NCBI GenBank assembly: GCA_051313645.2
Contig: JBNRSN020000017.1
Location: 15,376,001-15,440,000 of the forward strand
Length of the DNA stretch: 64,000 nucleotides
DNA from: Centroscyllium fabricii
Taxonomy: Eukaryota
Reading direction: 5' to 3'
A model generated the notes under the pieces. That model searched no databases. It saw nothing but the letters and a program-made list of their open reading frames with translations, and was not told where the DNA came from. Positions 49,100-61,976 of this stretch are shown piece after piece. The position numbers were made by a program, and so were the translations under genes. Each line of letters opens with the position of its first letter. Position 1 is the first letter of the stretch.

Positions 49100-50257
49100 T
49101 TTAATATGTTTTCATGCGTATTTCCGCTGTTTGGACATGAAATGTCCGGCAACTGTGACAGTAAAAAGTGAAGGCAAGGAAGCAAGATCTTGGCCAAGGG
49201 ATGGAGTAGCATATCACTTGAACCCATTGGTTGAAGCCTCATGAAATAGATATAGTAAGAAGTGATGGTGAGTAGGGTGTCTCTCTATGCACTCTAGGGT
49301 TCCCTCCTCATGGGGCAACATTGCAGCACGCCTGCCATTGGCAGTGTCAGCCACATGGTGTATATTAGCTGCATCATCCATGCAGCAGGTGACACAGCTC
49401 TTGTCATTGCTCTCCTGCTGAGCATTTGCAGGTAGAAGTATTGGACAAATCCAGAGAGGCGGGGTTACAAATTTCAGGCCTGCACTAGATATACTCTTGG
49501 GTTCAGTATCAGCAGGCACTCCAGTAAGTGGCCCCCATGATCAGGAATTGACCTTGACTATCCAATATCTAACCAGACAACATCGTGACCCGAGGCTGTG
49601 AAAAGAAGACCCCTCGTGTACGGGATACCGTGTGGGTGGACCTATATGTATTTCTCATGGCTTCCAGAAGGTGGAGGCATGAGCACTCGGCTCAGATCAG
49701 GCCAATTGTCAACCACATTTTTGGCCGGAATTTTGAGGAGGGAGGGAGGCGTTCCATGGCAGCCGGGCCGTTAAACAGATTCGGGGGTGGACAGGGGGTC
49801 GGGCGAGTGCAGGTAAAGGATCGGGCCGGTAAATGGATTGGGTTAGGGGGCAGGATAGAGGATTGGGGCCGGATGGTGGGGGTGTGAAGATAATGGCCGG
49901 CCCCCCCGGAGGCTCGCCGGGCGGGGAGAGAAGATCGTGGCCGACCACCTGAGGATCATGGAGGTCGGTAGAAAGGCACTTACCTCCTGGATCCAGCAGT
50001 CCCCGTCTTGCTGCAACTGCTGCTTTTCACAAATTGTGTGAAGCCCGTCCAAATACAGTTAAAAACAAAATGGAGGTTCAAAAAGAGACTTACAGCCTCA
50101 TTATAATATGTAAAATGACATTCCACCCCCTGGAAGCGGGTTGGAACCAGAAGTGAACGTGTTGGAGGCAGTATCAGGTCGGAAATCAATTTTTAACAAT
50201 TTAACTGCCCCACACGCCAAACCCACCCGTTTTTTAAGGTAAAAATCCCCCCCCCCC
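49100..50257. mobile_element. Probable non-autonomous Harbinger-like remnant
   Basis: Ends in aaacccacccg..aaaaatccccccc, like the termini at 37250 and 47565; no recognisable ORF. Confidence 0.35.
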
Positions 50258-52994
50258 AAGAGACTGCACCATTTTACATTGTATATGGAAACAGAGAATA
50301 CAGATTTCATTGAAATTCAATATAATTCCTATTTTCTCCTTGTAACATTAAAAGTAATAAATTGGCACGCTTAGGCCTAACTTTACTTTGCAAGTCAGTA
50401 TTCACTGAACTGACTGGCAGTAACCTTAGAGAAAAGAGAGTTCCCTGCCTCTGTGGCAGCTTCAAATTTTTGCAGAATGACTTTCTCCCATTTGGAGAGG
50501 AAGTCAAAAACTTGACCTCTGACTCTTCCCTCAGTTCCTTGTGAGGAGGATTGGTGCATTTTCTGTTGTTGTTACTACATAGACTTGTTTGCAAAATTGG
50601 AGCCCATGGAATTAAAGGGGCACACAGAAACACAGAAGATAGGAGCAGGAGTAGGCCATTCGGTCCTTCGAGCCTGCTCTGCCATTTTGACGAGATCATG
50701 GCTGATCATCCAAACCCAGCACCCCCCTCCTACCCTCTCCCCATATCCCCCTGACAACCCAAACTCTAAGAACTGTGTCTCACACACATACTCATGGGCA
50801 ATTTTTAGTATCTCCAATTCACCTAACCTGCATGTCTTTGGTAGTGACAGCATGTACAAAATCGGCTAAGGGGCAGAAAGCAGAGAGTAGTGGTGAATGG
50901 TTGTATTTCAGACTGGAACAAGGTATACAGTGGTGCCCCACAGGAGTCGGTATTAGGACCACTGCTCTTTTTGACATATTAATGACCTTATACTTGGGTA
51001 TACAGGGCATAAAGGCAAAGTTTGCAGCTAACACGAAACTCGGAAATATAATGAATAATGAGGAGGATAGTAACAGACTTCAAGAGGACATGGGTTGACT
51101 GACCACCTTCTGTGCTGCATCATTCCATGATTCTATGATTATGCTGCCAACGGGAGGACTGGCTCCCCCAAAACGGCACAGGATTCTCACGGAAGGAGGG
51201 CAGGAAGACCAATAATACAGTGTTATGGAACCATTCACTGAAGAGATAATTACTAGTCCTAGCCCTTTTTGAGCTACCCCAGATCAGCCGTGTTTCCCAG
51301 ACGTTCGCCTTCAACTAAATTTAGACGTGGCCGAATCCTAAAGATGCTTAATTGGGTCTAAAGGTCCAGACTATCTCTGCCTAAAGGAAAGGAACAACCT
51401 GAAGATATCACCGTCCCCCAGATAGCTCTTTTAATAAGTTTAACTAGACTGTAACCTTCCGGATATTATGAGGGTCTGAAAAGCTTCCTCACCAAAGAGT
51501 GTACAGAGATTGAGTTTGATACAGAAGTACTATGTGAGACAATTCTAAAAATATATAAATGTATTAAAGAACCGACATGTAATTACAGCTGCAGATTCAA
51601 TCGCATCTTTAACAGTTCCAAAAACAAACAGCTTACAGTTCTTATTCTCAGAGATCCTTATTCTCAAATCTTAACGTCGTTATATTTTTACATTTCTTAC
51701 TTAGTCTTAGTCCAGGATATCCACCAAAATCAAATATCTTTGATTACCTGAGACTCAAAGAATTGAAGGCTTACAAAGCCTCTGAAGCTGAGAATCGCTT
51801 TTCCCTTTCCAGTGAATTCTCTGTTCCTATTTGAAAGTCCAATTTTTATACCCTTTTTCAATGGTACGTCCTTTGAAGTTTTCTGCTGATGTAAGCTAAT
51901 TATCTTTAGTCATTTTTCTGTTGACCCCTACTATTCTTAAGAGTCAGTTCAGCTTGCAGCATTCAGACTCGTGCCTCTCCTTTAGGTGTTCAAAACTTAT
52001 AAAACAATATGGCAGCAGTTCTATTTGATGCCAATCTTACGAAGGTCTCCTGTTCAATTCTTAAGTCACCGCAGCTGGTTGTAAGCAGACTTCGTGTCTC
52101 CTAGGTGTTCCAGGTTCAACACAAAAACAATGTGATTGCTTGGTGATGCCATATTTATGAAAGTCTTCTGTTTGTATCTTTTTACAACATGTAAATTTAA
52201 AACACTTCAACCGGATGCACCATTGTCCCCCTAGCTCCCTCAGTTGGTTGTATTAAAAATTATGTATCCTGTCTTTCATTTGATGTTATATTTAAGAAGA
52301 CATATGTTTCTTTAATGTATGTGATTTATTTCAAAGTGTTGGTTTATGACACTTTTAACTGGTTGTTCCATTGTGTTCCCGCCAAAGCTCAGACTTTCTG
52401 GAAGCTCTAACCCTCTGCTTCAATAGGGCTATTGTTTCAGTGTCAACAACCTATCTTATCTCAAAAGCCTGTATGCTGTTTACATCTTTTGATTGTTAAG
52501 GCTTCCAGACCCAGTATGTCATGTTTTAATAAGTCAAAATTCTGTTCATAGGATGGTGTATTTTTTGGAATATGGCTATTCCTTCACATCATATGTAGTC
52601 AGTCTGCCCTTGGTTGCCAATATAAATTATATAAACTACTTCTGTTTCCTGCCCCACCTTGGTGTGAGTCTCTTGGCTAGGACTGCCACTGTACTCAGTA
52701 AAAGGAAGCCATTCTAACGTTCTATCCAATTTCTATCAGGGATGTGCTGACCTCACTAATTTGGTCAAGTCCATCATAGTTCCCAGCTACCCTTTGATTC
52801 AACAGTGTCACCCTTTTTGTTGGACGTCCAGACAGGAAAGTGTGCTGGGACTTTGGGAATTCAGACCTTCGAATCCCGAATCTGACTTGATGTCAAAAAC
52901 ATAATTGCCTTGAAATTCTGCGGGGACTCTTCCGATCTCCCGCTATAACGACGGCAGTAGACTGGCTTGCAAATAGCCAAAATTCTACCCCTTT

Positions 52995-53550
52995 AGCTGG
53001 TGGTTAGATGCGTTTTTAAAGAAGCAACTTAGATCTGCTTTCACAGAAAGGGGAAACAAAGATAACTGATTACTCAGAATAAAAGTGGACTCTGAATTAC
53101 AAGAACAAGCACAGTGTGCATTCAGCCAAGATCTTAAGTTTAGATGGTGTTGGGGGAAGGCTGCTAGCGTTACAATAGCATTGTTGTCCTGTAGGGATGA
53201 GCTCAAAGCTCAACTACCTGTGGACAGAATAAGATGACAAGCCTGACAAGTGGGACCAATGATGACCCCCACTCATTCAAGCTGGGGCTTTGGTTCCGGG
53301 GGTAGGAAATGAAACCACCACTCCTTATCTAAATTGAAGCACGGTTTCCAAAGGCAGCATTGTAACATTAATCACATGTAAAACTAAAGAAAGCTCACAC
53401 ATCTAGAAATATCCCCAACAATTGTGTACTTCATAAGTGTTGAATTCTCAGCTAAATGGGTGGGAGAGGGAATAAAGGAAGATTGCAAACAAAATCTGCC
53501 ACATTGAATTATCTAAACTTTCCACGCTGCCCATTTGTACCTGAATTTTA
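52995..53550 (-). repeat. Diverged duplicate of the promoter/exon region 30230-30740
   Basis: Colinear blocks such as acctgtggacagaataagatgacaa and ttccgggggtaggaaatgaaaccacca; truncated before the ATG-bearing part of the exon. Confidence 0.9.
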
Positions 53551-54117
53551 CTTTGCCTCGACAACGTCGGAGCCTGATTTTCATAGTAAAGCAGCATTAG
53601 GCCTGTTTCAGGCATCAGGCCTTAGGTGTCAATGGAGCAGCCGAGATGACTCCGTCCCCACCCGATTATCAACTCCTGGCCACCCCCTTTTTTTTTAGGT
53701 GTATAACAGACAACCATGGGTTGAAATTGTCCTCCCTCGCCCCCCCTCCGCTCTTGCTGGAAAGATAACGGCGTGTTAACAGCACATTAATGCAGAAATC
53801 AGCCAGCAAATTCAGTAGATTCAAAGATACGCTGAGTTGTGGGGAGGCAGAGCTGAGGCCAGGCACTTCCCCATGCAGAAGGAGGAAACAGTCAGTGGGG
53901 AGTCATCCCGGCCGGGCCACTGATCTTCATCTCTTGCTATGTGGTTTCAGAGCAGCGTGAGCTGTGGATTGTGAGCAGTTTGTCTGCCCACTTTGTTAAC
54001 TGAGAATTGTGCATGGCACAGGGAAACTCCAGCACCTGGAAGGGGAGATAGTACTTTGAAAAAGTTGTTAATAGCTGTAGCTAGGAGGGACATTGTCTGA
54101 GGAAAATTGTTGCATGT

Positions 54118-57100
54118 TGACGTATCGTCAATACCTTCGATTAAAAGAGTCGACGAGTAGTTACCGAAACTAAAGGCTTTTAATTGCTAAGAACGGAGCT
54201 ACCCTCCGGAACGAACTTCTGTACAGGAATGAGGAGCCTCGGTCAGATCTCACCTATAACGGGGCCTCACCTGGGGGAGGAGTTGGAGGTGTGGCTGACC
54301 TGGCTCCCAACAGTGTCACAGTATACAGGGCTGTGCCTAACATCTGCACAGCCCATTATTAGCCATAATAATACAGTGGTAATGTTAACACAAAAGGGTT
54401 ACCACATTCACCCCTTCTTGAAAATTTTAAGTCCTGGGGGGGCGGGGGTGAATGGGTCGAACAGTTCATGATAAGTCTGTCCGGCGGTCGTGTCTGCCTG
54501 GAGGACCGCCGGCATTCCGGTGTTGGTGGTGGTGCCTCCTGGTTCGAATCGCCCGCATCTGCCGGTGCTGTGGCTTCAGGTGGCGATGGACTCGGCTGGT
54601 CCCCGCCGTCCGGGTCGTAGTTCAGTGCAGGCCACTGCAGGGGCCATCGTGTGTCTGGTGGTTGATCGGCCTGCTGGCCGGCCGGGGGCTCTGCGGTGGT
54701 GCTTCCTGCGGGAGCCAGGTCCCTGATGGACACGGTGTCCTCACGCCCGTCCGGGAACTGCACGAATGCATAGTGGGGGTTCACGTGTAGGAGCTGTACC
54801 TTGTCCACCAGGGGGTCTGTCTCGTGGCTCCGGACATGCCTTCTAAGCAAAACCGGCCCCGGAGTCGTCAGCCATGGAGGAAGAGCTGTCCCCGAAGTCG
54901 ACCTCCTGTTGAAAGAGAAAATCAGATCGTGCGGGGTGGTGTTAGTAGCAGTACATAATAGAGAGCGTATAGAGTGCAGCGTGTCTGGGAGGACTGCCTG
55001 CCAATGGGACACTGGAAGGCCTCTGGACTTGAGAGCCAGGGTGACCGCCTTCCAAATGATCCCATTCTCCCTTTCTACCTGGCCGTTCCCCCGGGGGTTA
55101 TAACTGGTCGTTCTGCTCGTGGCAACCCCTCTCTGGAGCAGAAACTGGCGCAGTTCATCGCTCATGAACGATGACCCCCGGTCGCTATGGATGTAGCTGG
55201 GGAGACCGAAGATGGCGAACAGCGTGGTGAAGTGTTTGATCACCGTTGCGCTCGTCATTTCTGGGCAGGGGAAGGCGAAGGGGAAGCGGGAGAACTCATC
55301 CACTACCGTGAGGAAGTATGAGTTGCAGTCGGTGGAGGGGAGGGGGCCTTTGAAGTCCATGCTGAGACGTTCAAAGGGGCGGGTGACCTTAATGAGGTGC
55401 GCCGTGTCTCGCCGGAAAAAGTGGGGTTTGCACTCGGTGCAGACAGGGCACTCTCGGGTCATAGCCTTGATCTCCGTGATGGAGTAGGGGAGGCTACGGG
55501 ACTTAACGAAGTGGGCGAGTCTGGTGACACCCGGGTGGCAAAGGCGGTCATGGAGGTCCTTCAGCCGGTCTAGCTGGGCACTGGCGCACGTTCCCCTGGA
55601 CAGTGCGTCCGGGGGTTCATTAAGTTTACCTGGTCGGTAAAGAATGTCGTACTCGTAAGTCGAGAGTTCGATCCGCCACCGCAGGATCTTATCATTCTTG
55701 ATTTTACCCCGTTGTTTATTGTTAAACATAAACGCCACCGACCGTTGGTCGGTGAGCAGGGTAAAACGCTTACCGGCCAGGTAATGACGCCAGTAGCGCA
55801 CGGCCTCCACGATGGCCTGGGCCTCCTTTTCCACTGCGGAGTGGCGAGTTTCGGGTCCCTGTAAGGTGCGGGAGAAAAACGCTATGGGCCTGCCTGCCTG
55901 ATTCAGGGTGGCAGCAAGGGCGAAGTCCGAAGCGTCACTCTCCACCTGGAAAGGAATGGATTCATCAACAGCGAGCATGGTCGCCTTGATAATATCTTCC
56001 TTTATCCTTGCGAATGCCGTTTGGGCTTCTACAGAAAGGGGGAAGACGGCAGCCTTGAGGAGTGGTCTAGCCTTATCTGCGAACTGTGGGACCCATTGTG
56101 CATAATAGGAGAAAAATCCTAGGCATCTCCTCAAGGCTTTGGTGTTGTGAGGTAGGGGCAGTTCTTGAAGGGGTCGCATACGCTGTGGGTCGGGGCCGAG
56201 GACCCCGTTCTCCACCACGTATCCGACGATGGCGAGCCGGTCTGTATTAAAGACACATTTGTCTTTGTTATACGTAAGGTCCAGCTTGTCCGCCGTGTGG
56301 AGAAATTTGGCCAGATTGGCATCGTGGTCCTGCTGGTCGTGGCCGCAGATGGTCACGTTGTCCAGGTAAGGGAAAGTGGCCTGCAAGTCATTTTGGTCAA
56401 CCATGCGGTCCATCTCCCGTTGGAACACTGACACTCCGTTGGTCACGCCAAAGGGGACCCGGAGGAAGTGGTAGAGCCGACCGTTCGCCTCGAAGGCGGT
56501 GTAGGGGCGGTCGGCTTTCCGAATCGGGAGCTGATGATACGCCGATTTAAGGTCGATCGTAGAGAACACCTTGTACTGGGCGATCTGGTTGACCATGTCT
56601 GAGATGCGGGGAAGGGGGTAGGCGTCGAGCCCGGTGTAGCGGTTGATAGTCTGGCTGTAATCGATAACCAGCCGCTGTTTCTCGCCAGACTTCACCACTA
56701 CAACTTGGGCGCGCCAGGGGCTGGTGCTAGCTTCAATTATCCCCTCCTTCAGCATCCGCCTGACCTCCGACCTGATAAACGTGCGATCCCCCTCACTGTA
56801 CCGCCGACTCTTAGTAGCAATGGGTCTGCACTTCGGATCGAGGTTGGCGAACAGCGAGGGGGGGTCGATTTTCAGGGTGGAGAGGCCGCAGGCCGGGCTC
56901 CGCTTTGGGAAGAGATTGTCCCGGCTACTGACGGTGAGGGGGGGCAAGGTCCCGCCGAACTCCATTGTCACGCTCCTGAAGTGGCACTGGAAGTCCAAAC
57001 CTAGTAAGCTGGGGCACACAACTGCTGGAGGGTATACAATTTAAAATTACGGTACACGCGCCCCTTGACTGTGAGCGTGACGGAGCAGTAGCCGGTGACG

Positions 57101-58891
57101 TCCGCGGTGTGGGACTGTGAAGCTAGGGAGACTTGGTAGTTGGTGGGCAGGACCTGCAGTCCGCAGCGCCGCACTGTATCGGGGTGTACGAAACTCTCAG
57201 TGCTGCCTGTGTCGAAAAGGCAGTCGACAGTGTAGTCATTAATATTAATCGGCATTATGGAGTTAGACAGGGTATGAGGCCTGTCCTGGCTAACTCTGAT
57301 TCTGGTTGCCGCAGCCCCTGCTGATCGGGGCTGTGCACAAGATGGCGGCGCCCCTGGCTCGCACATGGTGGGGCCCTGGATACAAGATGGCGGCGCCCCT
57401 GGCTCGCACATGGTGGGGCCCTGGATATAAGATGGCGGTGCCCCTGGCCCGCACCTGGTGGGGCCCTGCTTGCAAAATGGCGGCGCCCCTGGCTCGCACA
57501 TGGAGGGGCCCTGGATACAAAATGGCGTCGCCGAGGGAACGCGCTGGCGGCGCCCGTGATTCGCACGCAGCGGACCGCGGTGGTCGGGTTGGCGGTGCCC
57601 GTGATTCGCACGCGGCGTGCCGCGGTGGTCGGGTTGGCGATGCCCGTGATTCGCACGCAGCCGGTCGCGCTCGGCCGGCCTTTGCCGCATCGGGGTGGGG
57701 GATGGGGGCGCTTGTTGTCTACCCCCGTACCGTCGCTGGATCGCGCTGCTATTGCAGCTTACCTGGTGTCTGTCGGTGCTCTCACAGGCTGCACTGTTGT
57801 ACCTTGGGTTGGGCGCTGCTGGAGCTGATCTGCAGGCTTTAGCGTAGTGTCCCTTCTTAGCACATTTCTCGCAGGTCGCTGTCCTGGCTGGGCATTTCGC
57901 TCTTGGGTGCAGTCCCTGGCAGCAGAAGTGGCAGCGTTTATCTTTAGTGGCCGTCGCAGCCATCGTGGGGGCCTCGGCCCGTTGCGCCCAGGGCTGGGCC
58001 TGTTGTGGCGCGGCCCATATGTTGTAGGCTTGCGAGTTAGTGCCGCTGTACGCCTGTAACTTGTTTCGGGCCCCCTCTACTGATTTGGCTATCTTAGTCG
58101 CCTCCTCGAGGGATAAATCGTCTTTCTCTAGTAGCCGCTGGCGGGCTTCCACACACCTCAGTCCTGTAACGTAAGCGTCCCGAACGAGGAGTTCTGCCTC
58201 CTCTTCAGCTGTTCTGACTTGGCAGCCACAGACTCGCACCAAGGCCAGGAGCGCTTGCTCAAACTCCTCATTGGACTCACCCGGTAGCTGAGATCTGGTC
58301 GCAAGCACATGTCGGGCGTAGACCGAATGGACCGGGCGCTCGTAGCATTTTTTCAATATTCGTACGGCCGCTGTGTAGGTTGAGGCGTTCCTGATGAGGG
58401 TGAATACCCTGCTGGAGATCCTCGACCGTAGGACCTGCAATCTGTTCCTGTCCGATGTAGCCTTGGCGGCGTCCATGTAGGCCTCCAGGAGGCCAAACCA
58501 GTGTTCGTACGTGGTAGCAGCGGCAGGGTCCTGGGGACTGATGTCCAGCTTCTCAGGTTTAACTGCGCTGCTCTCCATTTTAAAATAGTTAGCAATTAAA
58601 ATTGACGTATAGTCAATACCTTCGATTAAAAGAGTCGACGAGTAGTTACCGAAACTAAAGGCTTTTAATTGCTAAGAACGGAGCTACCCTCCGGAACGAA
58701 CTTCTGTACAGGAATGAGGAGCCTCGGTCAGATCTCACCTATAACGGGGCCTCACCTGGGGGAGGAGTTGGAGGTGTGGCTGACCTGGCTCCCAACAGTG
58801 TCACAGTATACAGGGCTGTGCCTAACATCTGCACAGCCCATTATTAGCCATAATAATACAGTGGTAATGTTAACACAAAAGGGTTACCACA
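54118..58891 (-). mobile_element. Full-length Gypsy LTR retrotransposon (element B, related to A)
   Basis: 289-bp LTRs at 54118-54406 and 58603-58891 (one mismatch seen); CATGT TSD; purine tract aagaaggggtgaa. Confidence 0.96.
54359..58578 (-). pseudogene. gag-pol of element B; 1-bp deletion relative to A near 57008 and local frame changes in the repeat region
   Basis: Zinc knuckles, FDTGS protease, YLDN RT, ESDASD RNase H and an open integrase; highly similar to element A. Confidence 0.92.
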
Positions 58892-58995
58892 CATGTGATC
58901 ACGCAGTTGAAGATCAAATCACTCGAAATGACGATGTTGCGCAGTTTGAATTGTATGTTCTTTATGCTCCCCCTTGTGGTTAAGGCTTAGTCATT

Positions 58996-59450
58996 TAACT
59001 CGCACCCATCACCCCAGTGCTCGCCGACCTACATTGGCTCCTGGTTAAGCAAAGCGTCGATTTAAAAGTTCTCATCCTTGTTTTCGAGTTTCACCATGGC
59101 CTCGTCCCTCCCTAGCTCTGTAATCTTCTCCAGCCCCTCAGCCCTCCGAAATATCTGCGCTGCTCTAATTCTGGTCTCTTGAGGAGTTCTGTCGGTCCAC
59201 CATTAGTGGCCCTGCCTTCAGCTGCCAACGTCCTAAGTTCTGGAATTCTCTCCTTAAACCTCTCCGCCTCTCTACCTCAATTTTCCCCTTTAAGACGCTC
59301 CTTAAAACCTACCTCTTTGACCAAGCATCACCCCTAATATCTCCTTATGTGGCTCTGTGTCGAATTTTGTTTGATAATGCTCCTTGAAGTGCCATGGGAT
59401 GTTTAACTATGTTAAAGTGCAATATAAATACAAGTTGTTATTGTTGTTGA
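58996..59450 (+). mobile_element. L2 LINE 3' end
   Basis: PITPVLADLHWL-like motif, cttaaaacctacctctttgaccaagc, tail atataaatacaagttgttattgttg. Confidence 0.8.
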
Positions 59451-59469
59451 GACCAAGGGATTTTCCAAA

Positions 59470-59685
59470 TACCATCCTGACTTGGAAATATATTGCCATT
59501 CTTCATCTTTGCTGGGTCAAAATCCTGGAACTCCCTACCTAATGGCACTGTGGGAGTACCTTCGCCACAGGGACTGCAGGTGTTCAAGAATGCGTCTCAC
59601 CACCACCTTCTCAAGGGCAATTAGGGATGGGCAATAAATGCTGGCCTTGCCAGTGATGCCTACATCCAATGAATGAATTAAAAAA
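59470..59685 (+). mobile_element. 3' end of the 11532-14030 LINE family
   Basis: Matches 13820-14025. Confidence 0.85.
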
Positions 59686-59705
59686 TCACATTTTATGCAC
59701 ATCAT

Positions 59706-59976
59706 TGTGGTAATCATATTACCAGTGTATATAGTTATGTTACACCACAGACCAGTGTGTATAGTGGCTTGGTGTGTTGTACATAGAACACTGTCGTGAG
59801 GTCAGGTCAGCCACACCTCTAACTCCTCCCCTCAGGTGGGAGCCTTATAGGTGAGGTCTGCCCTGCCCCCAGTCATTCTGTACCCGATGTTCAACTGGAG
59901 ACTAGCTCCATCTTTAAGTCAATAAAAGCCTGTAGTTAAGGTAACTACTCGTCTTTGTATTATTGACGATACGTCA
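59706..59976 (+). mobile_element. Solo LTR (271 bp), same group as 36851-37140
   Basis: tgtggtaatc...atacgtca; flanks atcat/gtcat. Confidence 0.85.
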
Positions 59977-60144
59977 GTCATTTCTCCAGGAAGATTGTTG
60001 GGCTACAGGAAACATGTCTTTTAAAACTGGGCAGTTGTCATTTTGGGTAGCCTCTCACAGCATCCGATCGGCCCCAACCAAAGTAATGAACAAACTGCTC
60101 TGTGGCTATGACTGCATTATTCCTCCTCGGCCTACCTCCAGTTT

Positions 60145-61170
60145 TTGGCACGGTTGGCCAAAGCACCTACTGCCTGTCCACCTTTGTCCAGCTCCATTGA
60201 TCTACCCTTTCTTTGGTCCATTCTTACCTTTTTGGTTATAGCTCTAAAATCTCTAGCAGATCTGAAAATTGCAGCTGGATTGCCCAACATTTTCCTGTAT
60301 GCATTTTCATCTAATAAAGTTCCTCACCACTGGTGCATTCTCGTAAAATTACCTGAATATTTAATTGTCAAGACTGTGCAGTCATCTGGGGACACACTAC
60401 ATCCTTATAGTTAATCCAAGAGCACTACTAAAAATGTATAATTTGTTCTCTTCACAGAAAAGATGAGAACACATGGAGAAGGAAGTTGGGCCAACTCACC
60501 AAGAGGCCTGGTCCATTCTACCCAGAGGCTGTTCTCTTACAGAGCATTGGAGTCATTGAGTCTGGAGGCAACAAAGGCATGGATGAGAGTGTCCGAATGG
60601 CCTCCTTCTGTGCTGTATCATTCTACGATTAAGCTGCCAACAGGGGCGGACTGGCTCCCCCGAAACGGCACGGGATTCTCACAGGTAAAAGGAGGGCACG
60701 GGGACCCATAATACAGCGTTATGGAACCATTCACAGGTACACTAGGGAAATCTCTAGATTTCGGATATAGTCAGTCAGATATATGGTTGCCAATATAAAT
60801 TATATAGACTACCAATGTTCCCCCCACCTCAGTGTGGGTCTCTTGGCTGGGACTGCCGCTGTACTCAGTAAAAGGAAGCCATTCTAACGTTCTATCCAAT
60901 TTCTATCTGGGATGTGCTGACCTCACTAATTTGGTCAAGTTCATCATAGTTCCCAGCCACCCTTTGATTCAGCAGTTTCAGCCTTTTTGTTGGACAGACA
61001 GATGGTTAGACAGAAAAATGTGTTGGGACTTTGGGAATTAAAACCTTCAAATCTCGAGTCTGACTTGATGTCAAAAACATGTTTGCCTGGAAATTCAGTA
61101 GAGTCGCTTCCGATATCCCGCTATAACAACGGCAGCAGACTAGCTTGTAGATAGCTGAAGTTTGACCCCT
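60145..61170. repeat. Compact paralog of sequence scattered over 37475-52992
   Basis: Colinear matches to 37475-37653, ~48500-48760, ~51110-51240 and ~52595-52992. Confidence 0.88.
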
Positions 61171-61976
61171 TTAAAGCTGAAAAAAAACCCTCTAGGCCAA
61201 AGACTTCTAGGCTTGAAACATGGTATGTGCCTTTGCTTGTTAATGTAGGAATGAGAGACTGCAGATTGGGTGAGATTTCCCCTCTGATTCAGCCTGATTA
61301 GCATGGCACCCCTCCCTTTCTCCAGTGGGACGTTCTCATGAACCAACCCATTGAACCAATTTGGTGGATAGTCCAAACAAATGAGGAGTCGAAGAGCGTT
61401 TGATATAAAGCCTTTTGACCAATTCAGTGCTGATGGAGAAAAAGGAAAAAGTATACCACAAAAAATAGCCAAGAAATGCAGCAATAAAGTCTTTAGATAT
61501 GTCTTTCTCAATCCATCTAAATGCAACATATCCCCAAACAACCCTAGGTGTCCATTTTGCATGGGCTGGTACATGAAATGGTTCCAATAAATTGTATGAA
61601 TGACATAATGGTGCCAATTTGTCTTAATTTGCATGAATCTACTGATTAACTGATGTGCACTTATGGTGCTCTTGAAAATTGGTATTTCAAAATAAGACGC
61701 AGAGCAAAACAAGTAGAGATCCAGCGTTACTGATTATAGAAATTTACGGCACAGAAGGAGGCCATTTGGCCCATCCTGTCCGTGCCAGCCAAAAGTAGCT
61801 ATCCAGCCTAATCCCACTTTCCAGGTCTTGGGCTGTAGCCTTGTAGACTACAGCACTTCAAGTGCACATTCTAGCACTTTTTAACTGCAATGAGGGTTTC
61901 TGCCTCTACCACCCTTTCAGGCAGTGAGTTCCAACAACTCACCACCCTCTGGGTGAAAAGAGTTCTTCTCAACTAT

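Noticed and set aside
50380-50570. Minus-strand peptide FLSKWEKVILQKFEAATEAGNSLFSK resembling a protein C-terminus
   Set aside because: Short, no splice acceptor identified and no family recognised
61140-61712. 190-aa minus-strand ORF
   Set aside because: No ATG at the called start, no motifs, and it runs into repeat sequence
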